A stretch of DNA of 62,822 nt, the filler included, from Phoronis australis (lineage: Eukaryota; Animalia; Phoronida): NCBI GenBank assembly GCA_002633005.1. It is 6 parts of 6 records of this genome, joined end to end, with 100 filler letters (N's around TTAATTAATTAA, not from the genome) between each part and the next. Parts side by side here need not be neighbours in the genome. Positions count along the whole stretch, not along the records: positions 23,925 to 44,780 come from NMRA01000871.1; positions 44,881 to 49,905 come from NMRA01002439.1; 4 more parts are not named here. One strand, given 5' to 3'. Of this stretch, positions 36,894-49,905 are shown piece by piece; position 1 is the first letter of the stretch; every line of letters begins with the position of its first letter. Below the pieces are notes generated by a model. It did no database searches. It had not been told where the DNA came from and worked only from the letters and a program-made list of their open reading frames with translations. A program made the position numbers and the translations under genes.

Positions 36894-38897
36894 TTTTTAT
36901 GCGCCCACATATTTATATGTGGACGCATTATGCCGTCATCTCTGTCCGTCCGTCCGTCCGTCCGTCCGTCCGTCCGGGCGGCGTCCGTCCGGCGTCCGGC
37001 GTCCGGCGTCCGCTGCTCTATCTCCAAAACCCTTTGACATACGTTCATGAAATTTGGCACATATGTTCCATTCATGAATGGGACGGCATGTGCGAACTTT
37101 CGAACGGATCCGACTACCGGTGTGCCCCCTAGTGGCAATTTTAGTTTTTTACGCTTACCTTTGTATCTTCAAAAGTCCTGAACGGATTTTCATGAAATTT
37201 GGTATGTAGGCACCTAGTAGTGAGATGACGCTATCCTGCCGTTTTCGGATGGATTCGACATAGTTTGCGCCACCTAGTGGCCATTTTTACTGTTTTCGAG
37301 TCTGTTTTTGTGCTTCCACCCCTCTATCAACCAAACCGCTCAAAGGATGATTGTGAAAATTGGCATGTATGTGCTTACTATGTAGAGGACGGTTGACGAT
37401 GATTTTCCGACGATTTCGACTACTGTGGCGCCTCCTAGTGGCAGTTTTGTTTTTTTTGCGCCTATGGCTGTATCTCCTAAACCGTTCGCAGGATCTTTAC
37501 GAAATTGTGTAAGTATATTTATATGATGTTAACAACGGAAGATGACGACTTTTGGACGGATCCGACTACCGGTGTGCCCCCTAGTGGCAATTTTAATTTT
37601 TTTACGCTTACCTTTGTATCTTCACAAGTCCTTATTGGATTTTCATGAAATTTGGTATGTAGGCACCTATTAGTGAGATGACGCTATCCTCCCGTTTTCA
37701 GATGGATTCGACATAGTTTGCGCCACCTAGTGGCCATTTTTAGTGTTTTCGAGTCTGTTTTTGTGCGTCCACCCCTCTATCAACCAAACCGCTCAAAGGA
37801 TGATTGTGAAAATTGGCATGTATATGCTTACTATGTAGAGGATGGTTGACGATGATTTTCCGACGATTTCGACTACTGTGGCGCCTCCTAGTGGCAGTTT
37901 TGTTTTTTTGCGCCTATGGCTGTATCTCCTAAACCGTTCGCAGGATCTTTACAAATTGTGTAAGTATATTTATATGATGTTAACAACGGAAGATGACGAC
38001 TTTTGGTCGGATCCGACTACCGGTGTGCCCCCTAGTGGCAATTTTAGTTTTTTACGCTTACCTTTGTATCTTCAAAAGTATTGAACGGATTTTCATGAAA
38101 TTTGGTATGTAGGCACCTATTAGTGAGATGACGCTATCCTACTGTTTTCAGATGGATTCGACGTAGTTTGCGCCACCTAGTGGCCATTTTTACTGTTTTC
38201 GAGTCTGTATTTTTGCGTCCACCCCTCTATCAACCAAACCGCTCAAAGGATGATTGTGAAAATTGGCGTGTATGTGCTTACTATAAGGAAGACAGCTGAC
38301 AATGATTTTCAGACGATTTGGACTACTGTGGCGCCTCCTAGTGGCAGTTTTGTTTTTTTGCGCCCATGGCTGTATCTCCCAAACCGTTTGCAGGATCTTT
38401 ACTAAATTTAGCAAGTGTATTTATGTGATGTTGACAACGGACGATGACGACTTTAGGATGATTCTGATTACCGGTATGCCTCTAGTGGCAATTTTAGTAT
38501 TTGCCTCTAGTGGCAATTTTAGTATTTTACATTGACCTCTGTATTTTCATAGGTCTTCAGGTGTATACTTTGTGTTACTTCGTGACTGTGAAGGAAAAGT
38601 TCCAAGTAGAAATTTGTTTCTGGCATTCTAATGCTGTGCTAATCTCGTATGTTGGTAAATTTGTTTTTAATTCTATGTTTCTGTGGTGCTTTAAGCAACT
38701 GGTGTATAGGATGTGCTTGTATTATGAAGATTACTCACATTTTGCCCCTAGCCTATTGAGGAGACAATGACCATGCCTTTCCATTTTGCAAAGTATGCCC
38801 TCTACTGGCCACTTTATGGTACCAATAAACAACCCTAGAAGGATACCGTATGCGGTGCAATTGTGGGCGCATTTCAACGCTCCGCGTTGCTCTTGTT
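36894..38897 (+). mobile_element. Complete non-autonomous Helentron/HINE element with internal tandem repeats
   Basis: 5' TTTTT-ATGCGCCCACA..TGTGGACGCAT palindrome, (GTCC)n microsatellite, ~452-bp repeat x3 (each of three ~150-bp subunits), 3' subTIR TGTGGGCGCAT, hairpin CAACGC-tcc-GCGTTG, end CTCTTGTT. Confidence 0.85.
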
Positions 38898-39884
38898 TCA
38901 TAGCGGGTGTAATTTAGAGGCTTGGACTAACAGTTCCCTACAACCTAATGATGGTAGGGGTCGGTGTTCAATGTGTCTACTGGAAATCACACTCGAAAAT
39001 ATTTATGATATTTTCCGCTACATTGTTGATGCAAACTGTCTGTTATTATGTGATTATGTGATCTAAAGCATTATGGTTTATGCAGATGATTTTTAGTGCT
39101 AGATGGCATTTGATGACCCCTAAGTCAGAACTGAAATTTCAAGTTCAGACTACAGCTTTATCGTTAAAGATGGGGTCATTTAGTGCAAACTCGGGTTAGA
39201 TGTTTATCCACGTAAGCCATTACATGTATCTACTTCAATGTTGATTATAACACACTTATCTTGATTCTGCCCAAAACTAGAAAAGAAAATAACAAAATAA
39301 GTTTAAGTTCAATCTCAAGTTAAAAGATGATATCCTGGGCCCCGGCTATATAGGTTGATTTGTCACGGCGTGTAATTTTATTTGCCAAGCAACTTTTTGA
39401 TGGATGACAATCTGTCAGCTCTTACCGTGACCATAACTTAATTCTCATTTGAGTAAGGATCATGTTGAGATCAACTTTATATCGGTGAGTAGTCACGATA
39501 TTTTTTTCAACGGAAAGCTGGTTTATTGACATCTTCACGTAAAGGATTCGTCCATCCGTCGGCCGGGGGAGCTTATAAGAAATTATTTTTTACCCACGAT
39601 GCTGTAGCAAACAGACCCCTGCGCCACTCGTGGAACTAGGGTGTGTTAAAGTGGACAACATCAAGCTTTATGGAAATTGTCGTCGTAAGCCTTAAAAATT
39701 GCATGCCAATGGCGTTTTTGGTGGTACCTATAGAAGCGGTAACTAGATGACCGTCTAACCCAGTTCTTAGATTGTGAGGAAATTGCACTAAGTGACGCAA
39801 AAATCTTCCATGAGTACAGTAAACCACTGCACAACATTAGATTTCTAGTGTCCTTGTGCCTTTTGTATTTGTTGTCATACTAAA

Positions 39885-40097
39885 CATGCATGTACTGTGT
39901 ACATGGATGTACTGTGTACATGGATGTACTGTGTACATGCATGTACTGTGTACATGGATGTACTGTGTACATGGATGTACTGTGTACATGCATGTACTGT
40001 GTACATGGATGTACTGTGTACATGGATGTACTGTGTACATGGATGTACTGTGTACATGGATGTACTGTGTACATGGATGTACTGTGTACATGGATGC
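39885..40097. repeat. 17-bp minisatellite (CATGGATGTACTGTGTA)~12
   Basis: Directly visible; a CATGCATG variant marks every third unit in the first part. Confidence 0.95.
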
Positions 40098-41593
40098 AAA
40101 CTGGATATAAATGCAACATTTTAAGGTTTGAAGAGTATAATAAATTAAAATTTATTATACTCTTCAGTTCCCCTTATCTCATTGTGCGTACATGTTCCAT
40201 GTAGTAAGTGACAAATACAAATCTTGTTGCACAAACATATTTCTTCTTTTGGCAGATCATATTTTACTGGAGAATTTAGATCAACAAATCTGGTGCAATA
40301 TGCGAGCTCACATTCATATATTCTGTGAATCACTCAAGATTTCCCGTAGGCAGTAACTGCTAGCTCAATCAGTGTATCCTACATTTTAAAGTGAGCAGGG
40401 AAAAATCATTGACTTTCCGCTAAAGACAAGCAAATAATGTACATTTACGGTCTACTTTTAATTTAATAAACCAAAGTGGGTGTCGAAAGTTCTATGTTCG
40501 CCGGTGGCCTGAAAAACTGGTGTCGAGAAGTGCAGGTCTGGTGGAGACAGGAAGACTTGCCCACATTTAGTTTTTACCCACAAAAATCTACTTCACCCTC
40601 ACTATACAAAACCTGTTTAATCCTATGTCCACTTTGGTTGCNTTAACTCTCCAGGACCAAAGATAAATATCTCAAAACCAGAAATTTTACTTAAGCAGGA
40701 ATTAAAACAATCCAATACATTGAGATTGTTTTCACACAGAAGACCAAAAAAAAATCAAATAAAGACTAAAATTCACCACGTCAAGACTGAAATTTATCAC
40801 ATCAGCACCTATAATTTATCAAGTGAGGACCAAAAATTCTTCACTTCAGGATCAAAATAAAATACGACCGAACTGAAAATTTAATAAGCCACGTTCAAAA
40901 ACTTACCACGTCAGTAACTTTACACGCCAGAACACCCCGTCACCATCCCCAAGCATTAATCCTTCAAAGTGATAATGTTCGTACTATACGTATAAACAAG
41001 GGCTAAATGTTCAACCTCTTGTCGACAAGACATATTATCTTGGAAATGCGGTTGAATTTCTTTCGTCTAATCCACGTTTTACAATAGATGCCAATGGATA
41101 GGTGCTGTACACACTGGATTGCCATCATTGCATAATGGGTGACCACGTAGTCTCCGGGCATGAAAAGAATTCTCTCCTGGCGTGATAAGTTTTCTGACGC
41201 AATAAATCCTGGTTGTCAATTGTTTATGATTCTACAGAGATTTCAATTCCTGAATAGAAAATGTGTGTTCTGAATTTTTCCGCTTCACCTTTCCATTCAG
41301 CTAACTATTGCACATCACCGTGTTTTTACTATCCCGTGGCGGCTCCACTGCCGGCAACGAATCACTTCTGGTACAACTTTCCGAGTGAAACGGAACCAAA
41401 TCTCGAGTGGTGACTGATTAGAATTGGCAAAACTCGGGGAGTGGTGGCGTTACAAGCCAAACATGTAGTTGCCACTTCTCATTCAGCGTCACTTACTACC
41501 TGAGGTGGCCAGATCATACGCTATCAATATCTCCAGACGCTTTGCTTCGATCTCAAAAGTGCACCTTGATGTATTTTCTATCATTTTTTGCCA

Positions 41594-43214
41594 TCGCAAT
41601 CGCTTTACCAAAGATTCACGCACATATGCCGCGTAGAGACAATACCTCTTCACCACGTATTCACATCTTCCCGTTCACAATTGTTTTATTTTACATAATT
41701 TGTCAATATGTTGTTGACAGAAAGTGTTTATTTTGGGAAAAACGTGAACGACCAACTGATAGGGGCCTACGTGTACATGTAACTAGCCCAGATTTTAACG
41801 TCACCGATACATGAAAGCAGAATGCGCAAAGCTACAATTGGCTGTAGCCTCAACAGTGGTCATTCCGTGTTTGATGTCACCGTCATAGTTCGTGGAAATC
41901 GTAACCATAGTATGATTTCGAAGTTAGAGCCGTAGAAGTCCATGGGTTTAGGGCATACTGGACCGTGAATTTCGCCGGGNNNNNNNNNNNNNNNNNNNNN
42001 NNNNNNNNNNNNNNNNNNNNNNNNNNNNNNNNNNNNNNNNNNNNNNNNNNNNNNNNNNNNNNNNNNNNNNNNNNNNNNNNNNNNNNNNNNNNNNNNNNNN
42101 NNNNNNNNNNNNNNNNNNNNNNNNNNNNNNNNNNNNNNNNNNNNNNNNNNNNNNNNNNNNNNNNNNNNNNNNNNNNNNNNNNNNNNNNNNNNNNNNNNNN
42201 NNNNNNNNNNNNNNNNNNNNNNNNNNNNNNNNNNNNNNNNNNNNNNNNNNNNNNNNNNNNNNNNNNNNNNNNNNNNNNNNNNNNNNNNNNNNNNNNNNNN
42301 NNNNNNNNNNNNNNNNNNNNNNNNNNNNNNNNNNNNNNNNNNNNNNNNNNNNNNNNNNNNNNNNNNNNNNNNNNNNNNNNNNNNNNNNNNNNNNNNNNNN
42401 NNNNNNNNNNNNNNNNNNNNNNNNNNNNNNNNNNNNNNNNNNNNNNNNNNNNNNNNNNNNNNNNNNNNNNNNNNNNNNNNNNNNNNNNNNNNNNNNNNNN
42501 NNNNNNNNNNNNNNNNNNNNNNNNNNNNNNNNNNNNNNNNNNNNNNNNNNNNNNNNNNNNNNNNNNNNNNNNNNNNNNNNNNNNNNNNNNNNNNNNNNNN
42601 NNNNNNNNNNNNNNNNNNNNNNNNNNNNNNNNNNNNNNNNNNNNNNNNNNNNNNNNNNNNNNNNNNNNNNNNNNNNNNNNNNNNNNNNNNNNNNNNNNNN
42701 NNNNNNNNNNNNNNNNNNNNNNNNNNNNNNNNNNNNNNNNNNNNNNNNNNNNNNNNNNNNNNNNNNNNNNNNNNNNNNNNNNNNNNNNNNNNNNNNNNNN
42801 NNNNNNNNNNNNNNNNNNNNNNNNNNNNNNNNNNNNCATCGCAATCGCTTTACCAAAGTTTCACGCACATATGCCGCGTAGAGACAAATACCTCTTCACC
42901 ACGTATTCACATCTTGCCGTTCACAATTGTTTTATTTTGCATAATTTGTCAATATGTTGTTGACAGAAAATATTTATTTTTGGAACAACGTGAACGACCA
43001 ACTGATAGGGGACTACGTGTATACATGTAACTGCTAGCCCAGATTTTAACGTCACCGATACACTGAAAACGGAATGCGCAAGGCTACTTTGCTGTAGCCT
43101 CAACAGTGGTGATGTCACCGTCTTAGTTCGTGGAAATCGTAACCATAATATGATTTCGAAGTTAGAGCCATCGAAGTCCGTGGGTTTAGGGCATACTGGA
43201 CCGTGAATTTCGCG
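41594..43214. repeat. ~380-bp segment repeated on both sides of an N-gap (41594-41979 and 42837-43214)
   Basis: Both copies run CATCGCAATCGCTTTACCAAAG...CATACTGGACCGTGAATTTCGC, with scattered substitutions and indels. Confidence 0.85.
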
Positions 43215-43751
43215 TCTGTACTGCAAGGGTCAATACTATGAAAATAAAATCCCTGGAGTGAGAGCTTTTCGCGGAGTAAGAACTCACTCACTAATCCATC
43301 ATCATGGGCGCGTGACAGGAGACCGGTGACTAACTTAAAAAACGCAAAAAGATGCAGTTTGGCGTTACACAAACAACTTGAAATCAACTGCGGGCGAAGG
43401 CTGCTAAAATAGCTGCGTTTACAAAATGACTACAGCGATGTATTGACCGGGAAGCAACCGATCTAATACATCTTGTTAACGTCACGAGTCAAATTAAAGA
43501 TCAAATGAAAAGAAAACTTTCACGTTTTTCATCCAAAACTTGTTGCATTGTCCATAATCCAATGTTTACTATTACCGCTTGCCTTCAACCTTCGAATTAG
43601 TGGTATTACACAACCGACGTGAACTCATGTAACCGAGACAGTAAAACTAGGTTAATTTATTTGACCCTGTGCTAAGACGAATATGCATCGACACGCAAAG
43701 TGGTATCAGCCTGACAACCTATTACGCAACTGCTACTCTAGCCTAAAAATA

Positions 43752-43956
43752 GCAGCCGACCAGCTGGTCGGCTGATGGCCGGTCGGCTGAAGGGTCGGCT
43801 GAAGGGTCGGCTAGGGAGTCGCCTTATGAGTCGGCACTGCGGGCGGCTGCCGGTCGGCTAATTTTTATCCGACCGGTCCGCAAATTAGACGACCGGTCGA
43901 CGGCTAGTCGTCGACCAATTTCCGACCGGGCGTCCAAAAATTCGTGATGTGTGCTG
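43752..43956. mobile_element. Right part of a CCGAC-rich MITE (same family as 44200-44436)
   Basis: Ends CCAAAAATTCGTGATGTGTGCTG|ta. Confidence 0.7.
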
Positions 43957-44199
43957 TACATGTACTCACTATTTCAAAATGCATCATGGTTGAGTAAAAT
44001 ATGTATAAATTAAGTCTTCAGTTATACATAACTGGGAACTCGAATTCTGAAAGTTGAATGTTGAGTCTGATTGAAATTAAGTTTTTTTAACTTTCTCGAA
44101 GTCGGTTAATCGTGTCCCGACACATCTCAATTCAACGGATTTTATAAAAAGAACAATAATAGGCGTATTGGGCGGGAAGGAGACAACTGCATATCTATA

Positions 44200-44436
44200 C
44201 AGCACACATCACGAATTTTTGGCCGACCTGTCGGAAATTGGTCGACGACCGGCCGTCGACCGGTCGTCTAGCCGACCAGCAGCCGACTAACAACGGTCGG
44301 CTAGGANGAGTCGGCACTGCGGGCGGCTGCCGGTCGGCTAAATTTTAGCCGACCGGTCGGCTAATTTGCCGACCGGTCGACGGCCGGTCGTCGACCAATT
44401 TCCGACCGGTCGGCCAAAAATTCGTGATGTGTGCTG
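44200..44436. mobile_element. Palindromic MITE with TA TSD (Tc1/mariner-like target preference)
   Basis: ta|CAGCACACATCACGAATTTTTGGCCGACC ... GGTCGGCCAAAAATTCGTGATGTGTGCTG|ta; long TIRs with CCGAC/GTCGG repeats. Confidence 0.85.
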
Positions 44437-44462
44437 TATATCTTGATTTTTACTGATATCAG

Positions 44463-44549
44463 AATGTCCTGCTGGTAGGAATGGGTCAAACTGCCAACAG
44501 ACATGTGGACATTGCGTTAACGGTGCCGCTTGGACTCGGCACAATGGTG
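44463..44549 (+). pseudogene. Decayed or truncated third copy of the EGF-3 exon
   Basis: atcAG|AATGTCCTGCTGG: ECPAGRNGSNCQQTCGHCVNGAAWTRHNG. A conserved Cys is replaced by Trp and similarity ends halfway through the exon. Confidence 0.7.
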
Positions 44550-44880
44550 CTGTGGCTTATCTAGGATATCATAAGAGTGCCCCAACATTTTGTCTCGTAC
44601 ACAATTGCGCAAAGTCCGATAAGTGTAGAGGCGCGTATAGTGTAGCGCCGAATGGGGGATTATTTAGTTTTTGCTTGGTTTTTGAAGTATAATTAGCTCT
44701 CCAGGGCACCAATTTGGCCAGATCGCTAGTTGTAACTAACACAGCATCATCCCACTACCCAGATCGCATGCTGGAATCCGNNNNNNNNNNNNNNNNNNNN
44801 NNNNNNNNNNNNNNNNNNNNNNNNTTAATTAATTAANNNNNNNNNNNNNNNNNNNNNNNNNNNNNNNNNNNNNNNNNNNN

Positions 44881-46530
44881 CTAAACGGGATGGTGAACTA
44901 TCTAGCGAAATTCTGTCCACACTTGTCCACCGTCAGTGAGCCTTTAAGAAAATTGATCACAGAGGACGCTGACTTTGCGTGGTCTGACCAGCATGAACAG
45001 ACATTTAACGTACTAAAACAGATGTTATCGGTGGCCCCAGTACTGCGATATTATAGTCTGTCAGAGGAAGTGACATTGGAGGCCGATAGTAGTGATTACG
45101 GACTCGGTGTGGTGTTACTCCAAGGAGGGCAACCAGTAGCTTTTGCATCGAGAGCGATGCAGGAACTACTCATATTGGTCATGGAAGGATGGCCCAAAGA
45201 CAAGATGCAAGTTCCACAATTATGCAGAGAATAATGGCCTTTTCGGGACAAAATATCCTGTCAAGATGGTGTTTTATACAGGGGGTCCCGCCTGAAAATT
45301 CCAACAAGTCTGCGCAAGAAAATGCTGGAAAGAGTGCACAGCAGTCACCGGGGAGCAGAAACAGCGATCCGCAAAGCAAAGGATGCATGTTTTTGGCCCC
45401 AGATCAGTCACGACATCAGGAATGTGGTGGCCACATGCAATATTTGCTTAGAAAATCAAACTCGGCAACAGAAGGAGCCGATGCACTCTCAACCAATCCC
45501 CAAAGACCGGTTTGAAATAGTTAGCAGTGACTTATTTACCATTCACGGGGTAGACTACTTGCTCATAGTGGATCATTTCTCAAAGTTTTTATGAGATTGT
45601 TCAGGTCAGTGAAACAACTGCAGAAACCATCATAAGTGAGTTGAAACAACAGTTTGCTAGACACAGGATACTGAAACTTTTTATATCCGATAATTATCCG
45701 CAATACCAGTGCCAACAGTTGAGAGAGTTTGTTGAAGCCTGGAAGTTCATACACCACACTTCGTTGCCGCATTATCCTAGGGGAAATGGCACAACCGAGG
45801 CTGGGGTCAAAATGGTGAAAAACAAGATGGAACTGATTTGTGGTTGGCCATCCTAAAACACCGCAATGCCACGGCTGCAGACAACACAGGAAGTGCAGCA
45901 CAGAAGCTAATGAGCCGCAGAACAAGAACCCTCATTCCAGTTAGTGCTAGCAGACTGGAAGCCAAAGTTGTACCAAAGGACCAGGTATTTCAGCATCAAG
46001 TGGTCCAGAAACAAAAGGCGAAGATGTTCTTCGACAAAGGAGCAAAAGAGCTACCTCCACTAGTTGTTGGCCAACCTGTACGTACGAAACTTAGGCCGCA
46101 CTCATCAGCCGCCTAGACCGCAGGGAAAATCGTAGAGAAATTAGCTCCCAGGTCCTACCTGGTAGATCATGAGAGCAGGGTCTATAGTCGAAACAAGAAC
46201 CATCTTAGGCCCAGTGCCGAGGTCGCCACTGCAAACCAGCCTCAATCCAGCAACTCCAGAATCACATAGCGCTCCAGCCAATGAGCGTTCACCACCTACA
46301 CAGGGCAGCTCCATATTACCGCCCGTGCAAGGAAGCCCTGTGCCCACACCCGTCAAGTTGAGCCCGGCACTACCTATCGTCAGGACAAGCAACCCTCTGA
46401 CTCAAGACGGGATGCCTCGGTATGGTTACACCACTCGTTCCGGACGTACCGTAAAAGCTACAAAAAATAGTTGCCGGCAGGTCGTAACTCGAAAAGTGAT
46501 CTTACTTTTGCTCAAAGGGCCAGATTAATG
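44881..46530 (+). mobile_element. Degraded Ty3/Gypsy pol (RT connection, partial RNase H, integrase)
   Basis: GMVNYLAKF, APVLRYY, ADSSDYGLGVVLLQ..QPVAFASR; integrase HHCC (HSSHRG...CNIC), SDLF, SDN.PQY, GTTE..VK. Stops and frameshifts present. Confidence 0.9.
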
Positions 46531-46944
46531 CTCTTAGAAAATAGGGGGAGAGGCAGTCTACCTCCGTGAACCATATCCCAAATCATTGTGTGTCAGTGCT
46601 TATATTCATTGAAGAGAAAGAGAACTGTATGGACTGATATAATTTACGTGTTCATACTTGTCAAGAGAGAGAACAAGCCGGACTGTTAGAATTCATGCCT
46701 CGGGATGGTTACACCACTCGTTCTGTAAAAGCTACAAACAATAGTTACCGGCAGGTCGTAACTCGAAAAGTGATCTTACTTTTGCTCAAAGGGCCAGAAT
46801 AAGTGAAAGAGAATTATCTGCACTGTTATACTTTAGGTGTTCATGATGTTTTAGATATATGTAGTTTTTCTTTATTTCAAACATGTTTTAATTTGCCAGT
46901 TGTTCATAAGTTGTAGTTGCTAATTTTGTTAGATGAAGAAAAGA

Positions 46945-47035
46945 TGTTAGTAACGACCCCTGGTGGAACTTGTAGAAATCGAATAAAGCACTTCCGGTAT
47001 AGTCATTTCAACGTGTTCTCTGGTGCTTTCTAACA
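46945..47035 (+). mobile_element. Short putative 3' LTR of the Gypsy element
   Basis: Purine tract AGATGAAGAAAAGA, then TGTTAG...AATAAA...CTAACA (6-bp inverted termini). Confidence 0.65.
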
Positions 47036-48983
47036 CAGCTCACATTCTCTCAAGAATCATATTATTTAACAAAAGACAGAGCTCATTGATAGTAAAACAG
47101 CGGTCACAATAACAAGGTCGAATTTACTTAAATGCTAAATTTTCCAGAAGTGATCTAGGAAACACTTCATATTCTAAAATACGATCACTTCATTTTCGTT
47201 TTGTGAACTGCGTTTAAATATTGGTATTTCAATGTTTTACATAAATGTAAACAGCTATTTCTGAGATGAATTTAAATATTCAAACTGAGAGAGAAATATA
47301 GAGACATTTTTAGGATCATACAAGACCTGAACAAGGCACCCTGACCTCGCTACCACTGGAAGAGAACCTGAGATTTTGCCGATAACCGACACAAAATAAA
47401 ACCGGAGACGGAAAGGTAAAGAAGACCCGTAAGTTGCACTTCCGTGCGAGCGCACGCTGTGAGATGCTGTCTTTCCAGATACATGAAGGACGATAGTGCT
47501 GATTGAATTATGTTATTGATAACATTTGGGTCTTGCATTTACAGCTCTCCACCGGTGACAACTGTGAGGTTTCCAGATTATTGTAATAGTTCTTAAGGGT
47601 TGACTGTAGTTTTTTTGTACTCTGGGTTGTACTCAAGTATTAGCGTTTGGATGTGATGACGCACATGTGTTTCAAGTGAATAGATCTCTATACTTCCATC
47701 AAATCTATTGCACTAGACATTTGTTGTAGGTCTTGGTGGTACAATTGTTCAGACGCTAGCGCTCTTTCTAATCCCGACTGACAATTGCACTAACACACTA
47801 ATACAAGCTCTAACATACTAAAACAACGGCATGACTGAACCCAAATTACGTTCAAGACCCCAAAATGCATGCTGAATGGTGTTAATTGAATTCCTTTGCA
47901 GATTTCACAAGCAGAATCAGTATTGAAAACAATTGATTTGTCGACTATTTGTAAATTTTATGAATACACGTTTTTATCTGTTTACACGCCATACCCATAC
48001 CCATACCCACGATACGTTGGGACCTACGAATATCCAAAACGGAAGAAGCAAAGTAACGTTGCTTACGTTTCATACTGCATTAGTATATATAAGACACAGC
48101 TCGATACTCGGAAGGTTCTCAAGTGTTATAACGCCTATAAAACAACAAATTAGGGTCCTGTCAAGCTAAAGGTTCACAAATCCAACTGAAAGGAATGCTA
48201 CTTAGTTCGACAATCTATGAGACCAGAAATTAGTGATGCAAAGTCATTGACAGGGGAGCAGCACACTTTTAGTACCAGGAAACAAAAAATGTAATTAAAA
48301 GCAACAGCTCACTGACCATTGCCAAACTTTTTGGATCCTTTCGAGAGGCTTTGGCTTTTCCATGAAGTAGTTTCAAACAAGACATGAATGACTATTTAAT
48401 CGTCTGTGTAGTATCTCCTGCATATATCAATCATAATGGTATGTATGACCATGATCTTTTTCTGTTCTTGCTCTCAGTTGACGGTCTTTTTAAACTTCTT
48501 GCAGTATGTGGACACTATGTTTACCACATGAACTTGAATATCACTATCAAGGAGGTACTGTTATGCATGTGTTTTAAAAGTTAATTGTTAGGTAATTCTA
48601 TCAATATTGTGAACCTTTAAATGTTGTGCAATAGATGGAACATTTGGTGATACCATATTATGGATGACTGTGACATCTCACGGTAACGGAGAAAACTGTA
48701 TGTTCAAGCCTTCTGAGTAATTAGAAAATACCACATGTGTAGTCTCCCTGTCAAGAATCAGTTGCTTATCTCTTTCTGTGTTCCAATGCATAGCACGCGC
48801 CGACTGGTGGAATTTGGACATGTTCAATATCTCATATCTTTATGTGTTCAAGCGATTTAAAACTTTTTTTTATAAATTTGAAGGTACTCTGTGTACTGTT
48901 TTGAGGCTCATTATTGTAAATCGACCCTAAGATAACGTATTTACCTGTTTTGATGTCACCTGAATGAAATTTCCAATGTCATT

Positions 48984-49870
48984 GCCTGTGGTATGAATGA
49001 ATCCGATCTCAAGTTTCCTTCTACATTCGCACACGTGATCGTGCAGTTTGTAATAGGGTTTTTATTTTATGTTAGTGTTAGTATTGGTTAATTTTTGTTC
49101 AATCTATCACAGTGTTAATTTTAAGCGTGAGTTTTACACGGTCAAATTTTGATGCTGTTTATATTTACTCAAAATATATCTGCAATAAAAATTATCGTAT
49201 CCCATCATACCCACATGTTTCTATCGAGTATCAACAAAGCAGTCGCCTGGGTTTATGTTGGAACAAAGCATGCATGTGGTGGACTGGACGTTATGGGTTC
49301 AACACGAGGGGATTGCCGTCAAAACCTTCGAAATGTGCATTGGTTACTAAATAAGTGTCACACGAAGGATATTTCACTGGACGACATCAATAACACTTTT
49401 CTGTACACAGTTATCAAAAAGATTCACGGAAAAGCCATGACATTGCTTAATATACATTGCAGGATATCGGGCAACGGACACAGCAAAGTACTAACCTATT
49501 TTGAAGTCTGCCTGTGGTATGAATAAATCTGATTTAACAGTTCCTTCTAAAATACCTACATTATCGAGTAAGTCACTGTGTCCATTCAACACGCAGTCGT
49601 GCAGTAATAGGGTTTTTATTTTGAAATAGTTTTAATATTAGTTACCTTTTGTTAAATCTATCACTATGCCTTATTTACGAGTGAGATGTACATGACCCAA
49701 ACTTGATGCGGTTGTCTTATATTTACTCAAATTATTTCTGCAATCAACTTTGTTGTCCACTTCCTACCCATGATTCTATCGAGTACCAACAAAACAATCA
49801 CCCTTTTACATAATTCTAAAAAGCATGCATGTGATTGTCGTCAAAACCGTGTAAATGCGTTTTGGTTAAT
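48984..49870. repeat. Diverged tandem duplication, period ~525 bp
   Basis: GCCTGTGGTATGAAT at ~48984 and ~49510, each followed by GTAATAGGGTTTTTATTTT, ATATTTACTCAAA and AAAGCATGCATGTG. Confidence 0.75.
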
Positions 49871-49874
49871 ATAA

Positions 49875-49905
<31 letters not shown>

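Noticed and set aside
39837-40204. Cys/His-rich repeat proteins in six frames
   Set aside because: Translation artefact of a stop-free 17-bp minisatellite.
41883-42963. Three ORFs over 300 aa
   Set aside because: They consist almost entirely of X from the N-gap.
41594-43214. Direct repeats as an LTR pair
   Set aside because: No TG...CA ends, PBS or PPT visible; both copies abut a gap, so haplotype duplication or a tandem repeat is more likely.
48505-48554. Possible small exon (ttgcAG...GAG|GTactg)
   Set aside because: Splice-like signals only; the peptide matches neither Tie nor DGK.
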